DNA of 64,000 nucleotides, taken from positions 3,456,001 through 3,520,000 of the forward strand of contig OZ245033.1 of NCBI GenBank assembly GCA_965224025.1, given 5' to 3'. The stretch is from Candidatus Multivorans sp. Lineage in GTDB: Bacteria > Acidobacteriota > Thermoanaerobaculia > Multivoradales > Multivoraceae. This document shows positions 60,473-64,000 of the stretch, in pieces (position 1 is the stretch's first letter; every line of letters starts with the position of its first letter). A program made the position numbers and the translations under genes. The notes beneath the pieces were generated by a model, which saw only the letters and a list, made by a program, of their open reading frames with translations, was not told where the DNA came from and did no database searches.

Positions 60473-60583
60473 CTTGCATGGAACACGCCCTGTTTCCTTT
60501 GCGTCAGCGCGGCGCGGACGCCGCGACTCGACTTGCATGGAACAACCCTGTTTCCTTCGCGTCAGCGCGGCGCGGACGCCGCG
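60473..60583. repeat. Two near-identical 52-53 bp tandem units with a GC hairpin (REP-like)
   Basis: 60473-60525 and 60532-60583, 59-bp period; each carries CGCGGCG-CGGA-CGCCGCG. Confidence 0.9.
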
Positions 60584-60590
60584 CCGCCTC

Positions 60591-63500
60591 CTAGCTGCCC
60601 CGGAGCGCCGGCAGCAACTCCTCCCGCGTTACCCGGCGAACCGCGGCGAGGCCGGCCAGGGTTCCGGCGGCCATCACCAGCAGCAGAGTCAGGCCGAGGG
60701 AGAGCCAAGGAACCAGTGCGTGGCCGCCGAGCAGGTGCGGGCTGACCGCGACCAGCGCCGAGGCGGCGCCGACCGCGACCCCCGCGGTCAGGACAAGGCC
60801 GTTCTCGGCCACGACGAGCCAGGCGAGGGCGCGCCGCCAGAAGCCGATCGCCTGCAGGGTCGCAAGTTCGCCGCGGCGCTCGAGCAGGTTCCGGAGCAGG
60901 ACGACCGCCAGTCCCAGCGTGCCGAGCAGGAGGCCGAGTCCGCCCAGGGTCTGGAACGTGCCGAGATACGTGTTCTCGACCGCCTGAAACGCCTGTAGCC
61001 GAGCTGCCGTGGGGACCGCGTCGAAGCCGAAGCCGCCGAGTGTTCGCTCGAGTTCCTCCACCGTGCGGTCCTGCTCGCCGGGCGGAGTCCGCAACAGGAA
61101 GTAGGAGGCGCCGGTCCGGCTCGGGAAATGCTCCGCCAGGTTCGCTTCCGAGATCACGAGTTCACTCTGAAACACGCTCTTGCGCAGCAGGCCGACCAGC
61201 CGCAGCTCGACCGTCTCGCCGCGTTCGGTCTCGATTTCGATTCCCTGCCCGATGCCCGAGTGCAGGATCCACATGACCGAGTTGAAATCGCCGATCGCGG
61301 GGATGACTCCGCGACCGAGATCCTTCTCCAGCAGCCTCCAGGGCTCGTCCCCGGCGCCGTCTACGAGCGACTGGAAGCGGAAGCCGCCCCGGGCGATCAG
61401 CTCCGGCGGGGCGCCCAGCAGCCGCGGACGCTCGGGCTGGAACAGGTTCAGGCAACTGATGTCGTCCCCGGGCACCGTGCGGAAGGCGACGACCTGGCTC
61501 CGTGCGATCAGCTCGGAGGCCTCCTCCCCGAAACCCAACTCGAAACGACCGTCCACGCTGGTCAGGTCCGCGAGAACCGAAACATCCGACTCCGCGACCA
61601 GGTCGAAGCCGCCGGCGCCCGATTCCAGGTCCCGCGTTTCCTCGCCGAAGCGCAGGCCGTAGGCGCCCACGGCAACGATCACGAACGACGCGCTGGCCAC
61701 CAGAGCCGCGCAGAGCAGGCTGCGGCCCGGGTTGAGAGACGCGTTCGCCGCCGCCATGCGCGAGCCGGCGCGCAGCGACCAGCTCTCGAGCGGCGCCGCC
61801 GGGCGCCGCCGGAGCCAGAGAGTGAAGCCCGCCAGCCCGGCGATCAGGAGGCAGGCCCCGCCGCCGAAGAACAGGTAGGCTCCGATGGACGCCGGCGCCG
61901 CCGCTGAGCCTCCGAGCAGCACGGCGGCGACCGCGCCGCCGACACTTGCTGTCCAGCGGGCTCGCCGACCCGGTACCTTGGCCGCCGGCGGTCGGTCCGA
62001 GGTCTCGCCGCGCAGCAGCCGGATCGGGGAAACGGCGGCAAGCCGACCGACTGCGCCGCGGACGGCGAACAGCACGACCAGAATGGAGGCCGCGCCGCCC
62101 ATGGCCAGCGTCAGGGGCTCGACGTGCAGATAGAGGTGGCTCGAACCGACCGCGGATCGCCACAGGGTCCGCAGCGCGGCCATCATCGCGCCGGCATAGA
62201 GCACCGCGCCCCCGAGGCCAAGCAGCACGCCCGCACCGCCCAGCAACGCTCCCTCGACCAGGAAACGGCGCCGGACGCGCACAACGCCGTAGCCGAGCGC
62301 CAGCAGCAGGCCCATTTCGTTCGCGCGGCTCTCAGTTCCCAAGCGGAAGAAGAGCCCCACCAGGAGCCCGGCCGAGACGATGAGAAACAGGCTGAAGCCC
62401 AGGAAGAGGCCGCCGAAGTCCGTGGCGCCCGAGGCGCCGCGCAGGCCCGCGGCCTTCACCGGCTCGACCGCGAGGCCGGCCGCGTGGAGGGCGATCCTCT
62501 CCGGCAACTCCTCCTCGAGCGTTGCCCGGAGCTGCTCGGGCGTGACGCCGGCCGGCGGCAGCAGCCGCAGCGAGGTCAGGAAACCGAAACGGCTCGACCA
62601 GAGCTCGGCGCCGTAGTCGAGGCCGACGAACAGCTTGGGGGTGGCGCGGTACTCGTCCCAGTAGGCCTCGTCCAGATCCCGGATCCGGCTCAGGTCGACC
62701 GGGAAGGTCGGATCCCAGTCGCTCATGTTGTCGGCGTCAGCGACCCCGGGGAAGTCCGGCGTCAGCGTCCGGTCGCCGCCCCAGCCCGTCATCTCGACCA
62801 CCCCCGCCACCCTGGTCTCGACCGTCCGCTCGACCAACTGCTCCCGGTCGCCAAGCTGGAAGAACTCGATCGCCAGGCGGTCGCCTGCTACGACCGAGAG
62901 ATCCTCGGCCAGGAACGAGTTGACCAGGACTTCGGCCCGCGCCAGCGCCGGGGCCGGGCGGCTGTCCGTCAGTCGCAGGGCCCCCAGTTCACCCGCCCGC
63001 GCCACGTCAAGCGCCGCGATCGTCGAGTAGGGAGCGGCGGCGCCGCTCTCGGCCGCGGCCCGGTTGGCGAGGTAGGTCGAGATTGCGATCGTCTCGGCGC
63101 CGCGCTCCGATGCCGCGGCCTCGACCTCCCCGGCCAACTCGGCGCCGAGGATGATCTGGGATGTGGTGACCAGCAGATGGTCGTCCGTCGCCTCGAGCGT
63201 GAGTCCAAAGTCCGCCACCTGGGCGTGGGCCCGAACGACACGTTCGACATCGGCCGCCGCGGCCTCCGGATCGGCGGCCGCCCCGCCATCGCCATCCGCC
63301 CGCTCCCCGACCAGCAGCGAGTTCACGAGGTTGCGCCGATCAAGCTCCCGCTGCAGGTCGCGCAGGCGGAGATAGCCGATGAGCGGCTGGCTCTGGTGCG
63401 GGGCGAGCTGGAAGCGGCCGGGCCCCTCGTCCTCCAGCACCGAGACCACGCTCAGCCGCACGCTCTCCAACTGGTCTTCCGGGTCCTTCTCGCCCATCAG

Positions 63501-64000
63501 GCTTGCCCGCGGCGCTTCGCTCGGCCGCTCCAGGTAGAGCACCACGGAGTCGCCGGGCTCGACGGCGAGAGCCGAGGCGAGGGACCGGTTGATCGCCAGC
63601 GACGCGAATAGTTGACCGTCCCGCCGGGACAGGTCGAGGACCTCGTCCATGCCCGGGAAGAAGGCGGCGAAGCCGTCGTCGATGCCCTGGACGGCGACCC
63701 GGGCCGCGCGCCGGCCGCTCTCCGGCGCCACCACGCTGCCTTGCATCAGAATCGCCGCCGACACCGGGCCGTAGCGGGCGGAAAACTCGGGATCCCCCAT
63801 CAGTTCATCCCGCAACCGCTCCCGGAAGAAGCCCGCGCCGAGCAGCGCGTGATCAATGCCGCCGAGACGGTCCAGCGTCAGGTCGCGCAGGCTGCCGCGC
63901 ACCGAGTCGCCCACCATCAGAGCCCCGGTGAGCACCGACGCCGCCACCGCCGCGGTCAGCACCACGGCGACGTTCGAGCGCCAGTAGTGCCGCAGACTGG
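60591..64000 (-). CDS. ABC transporter permease (FtsX/MacB-like, two halves), 5'-truncated by window edge
   Basis: VLTGALMVGDSVRGSL, RANEMGLLLALG, ERRGELATLQAIG; frame runs off the window end. Confidence 0.88.
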   Translation of the reverse strand, partial: SLRHYWRSNVAVVLTAAVAASVLTGALMVGDSVRGSLRDLTLDRLGGIDHALLGAGFFRERLRDELMGDPEFSARYGPVSAAILMQGSVVAPESGRRAARVAVQGIDDGFAAFFPGMDEVLDLSRRDGQLFASLAINRSLASALAVEPGDSVVLYLERPSEAPRASLMGEKDPEDQLESVRLSVVSVLEDEGPGRFQLAPHQSQPLIGYLRLRDLQRELDRRNLVNSLLVGERADGDGGAAADPEAAAADVERVVRAHAQVADFGLTLEATDDHLLVTTSQIILGAELAGEVEAAASERGAETIAISTYLANRAAAESGAAAPYSTIAALDVARAGELGALRLTDSRPAPALARAEVLVNSFLAEDLSVVAGDRLAIEFFQLGDREQLVERTVETRVAGVVEMTGWGGDRTLTPDFPGVADADNMSDWDPTFPVDLSRIRDLDEAYWDEYRATPKLFVGLDYGAELWSSRFGFLTSLRLLPPAGVTPEQLRATLEEELPERIALHAAGLAVEPVKAAGLRGASGATDFGGLFLGFSLFLIVSAGLLVGLFFRLGTESRANEMGLLLALGYGVVRVRRRFLVEGALLGGAGVLLGLGGAVLYAGAMMAALRTLWRSAVGSSHLYLHVEPLTLAMGGAASILVVLFAVRGAVGRLAAVSPIRLLRGETSDRPPAAKVPGRRARWTASVGGAVAAVLLGGSAAAPASIGAYLFFGGGACLLIAGLAGFTLWLRRRPAAPLESWSLRAGSRMAAANASLNPGRSLLCAALVASASFVIVAVGAYGLRFGEETRDLESGAGGFDLVAESDVSVLADLTSVDGRFELGFGEEASELIARSQVVAFRTVPGDDISCLNLFQPERPRLLGAPPELIARGGFRFQSLVDGAGDEPWRLLEKDLGRGVIPAIGDFNSVMWILHSGIGQGIEIETERGETVELRLVGLLRKSVFQSELVISEANLAEHFPSRTGASYFLLRTPPGEQDRTVEELERTLGGFGFDAVPTAARLQAFQAVENTYLGTFQTLGGLGLLLGTLGLAVVLLRNLLERRGELATLQAIGFWRRALAWLVVAENGLVLTAGVAVGAASALVAVSPHLLGGHALVPWLSLGLTLLLVMAAGTLAGLAAVRRVTREELLPALRGS

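Noticed and set aside
60474-60545. parS-like sequence (ATGGAACA)
   Set aside because: Resembles only a half-site; there is no 16-bp TGTTNCACGTGAAACA-type palindrome.
60473-60583. Mini CRISPR array
   Set aside because: Only two 52-53 bp units 6 nt apart, with no unique spacers and no cas genes.

Overview
A high-GC window of mostly core chromosomal genes from a diderm bacterium. The fused LptF-LptG and the acidobacterial-type VWA proteins suggest Acidobacteria (inference). In order it carries: lptA-like, lptB, rpoN, a cytoplasmic PTS cascade with rapZ, miaB, DUF151, an orphan ParB, a 28-bp dif-like site (10141-10168), lptFG, metK, a TrmH methylase, etfBA, tolQRAB-pal-cpoB, rpsT, lptE, nusB, ribH, tRNA-Pro, merR, der, tRNA-Leu, rsmD, an amidohydrolase, an MltD/LysM protein, ahcY, a luciferase-like pseudogene, a PIG-L deacetylase, two VWA proteins, an NRAMP-like plus sugar ABC operon, a PVC-type heme protein, a cca-ECF-antisigma-periplasmic-RND-MFP-RND operon, a TPR protein, an S9 peptidase and an ABC permease. 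The best signals are: the probable replication terminus (dif plus KOPS polarity) with a ParA-less ParB next to it; an ECF-controlled two-RND export module; widespread leaderless-type promoters, including one bidirectional pair; a MerR gene with no canonical start codon; a sigma54 box before rpoN; and short duplications in the tol-pal operon. No CRISPR array, rRNA, transposase or integrase was seen. All calls come from motif recognition by eye; no searches were run.
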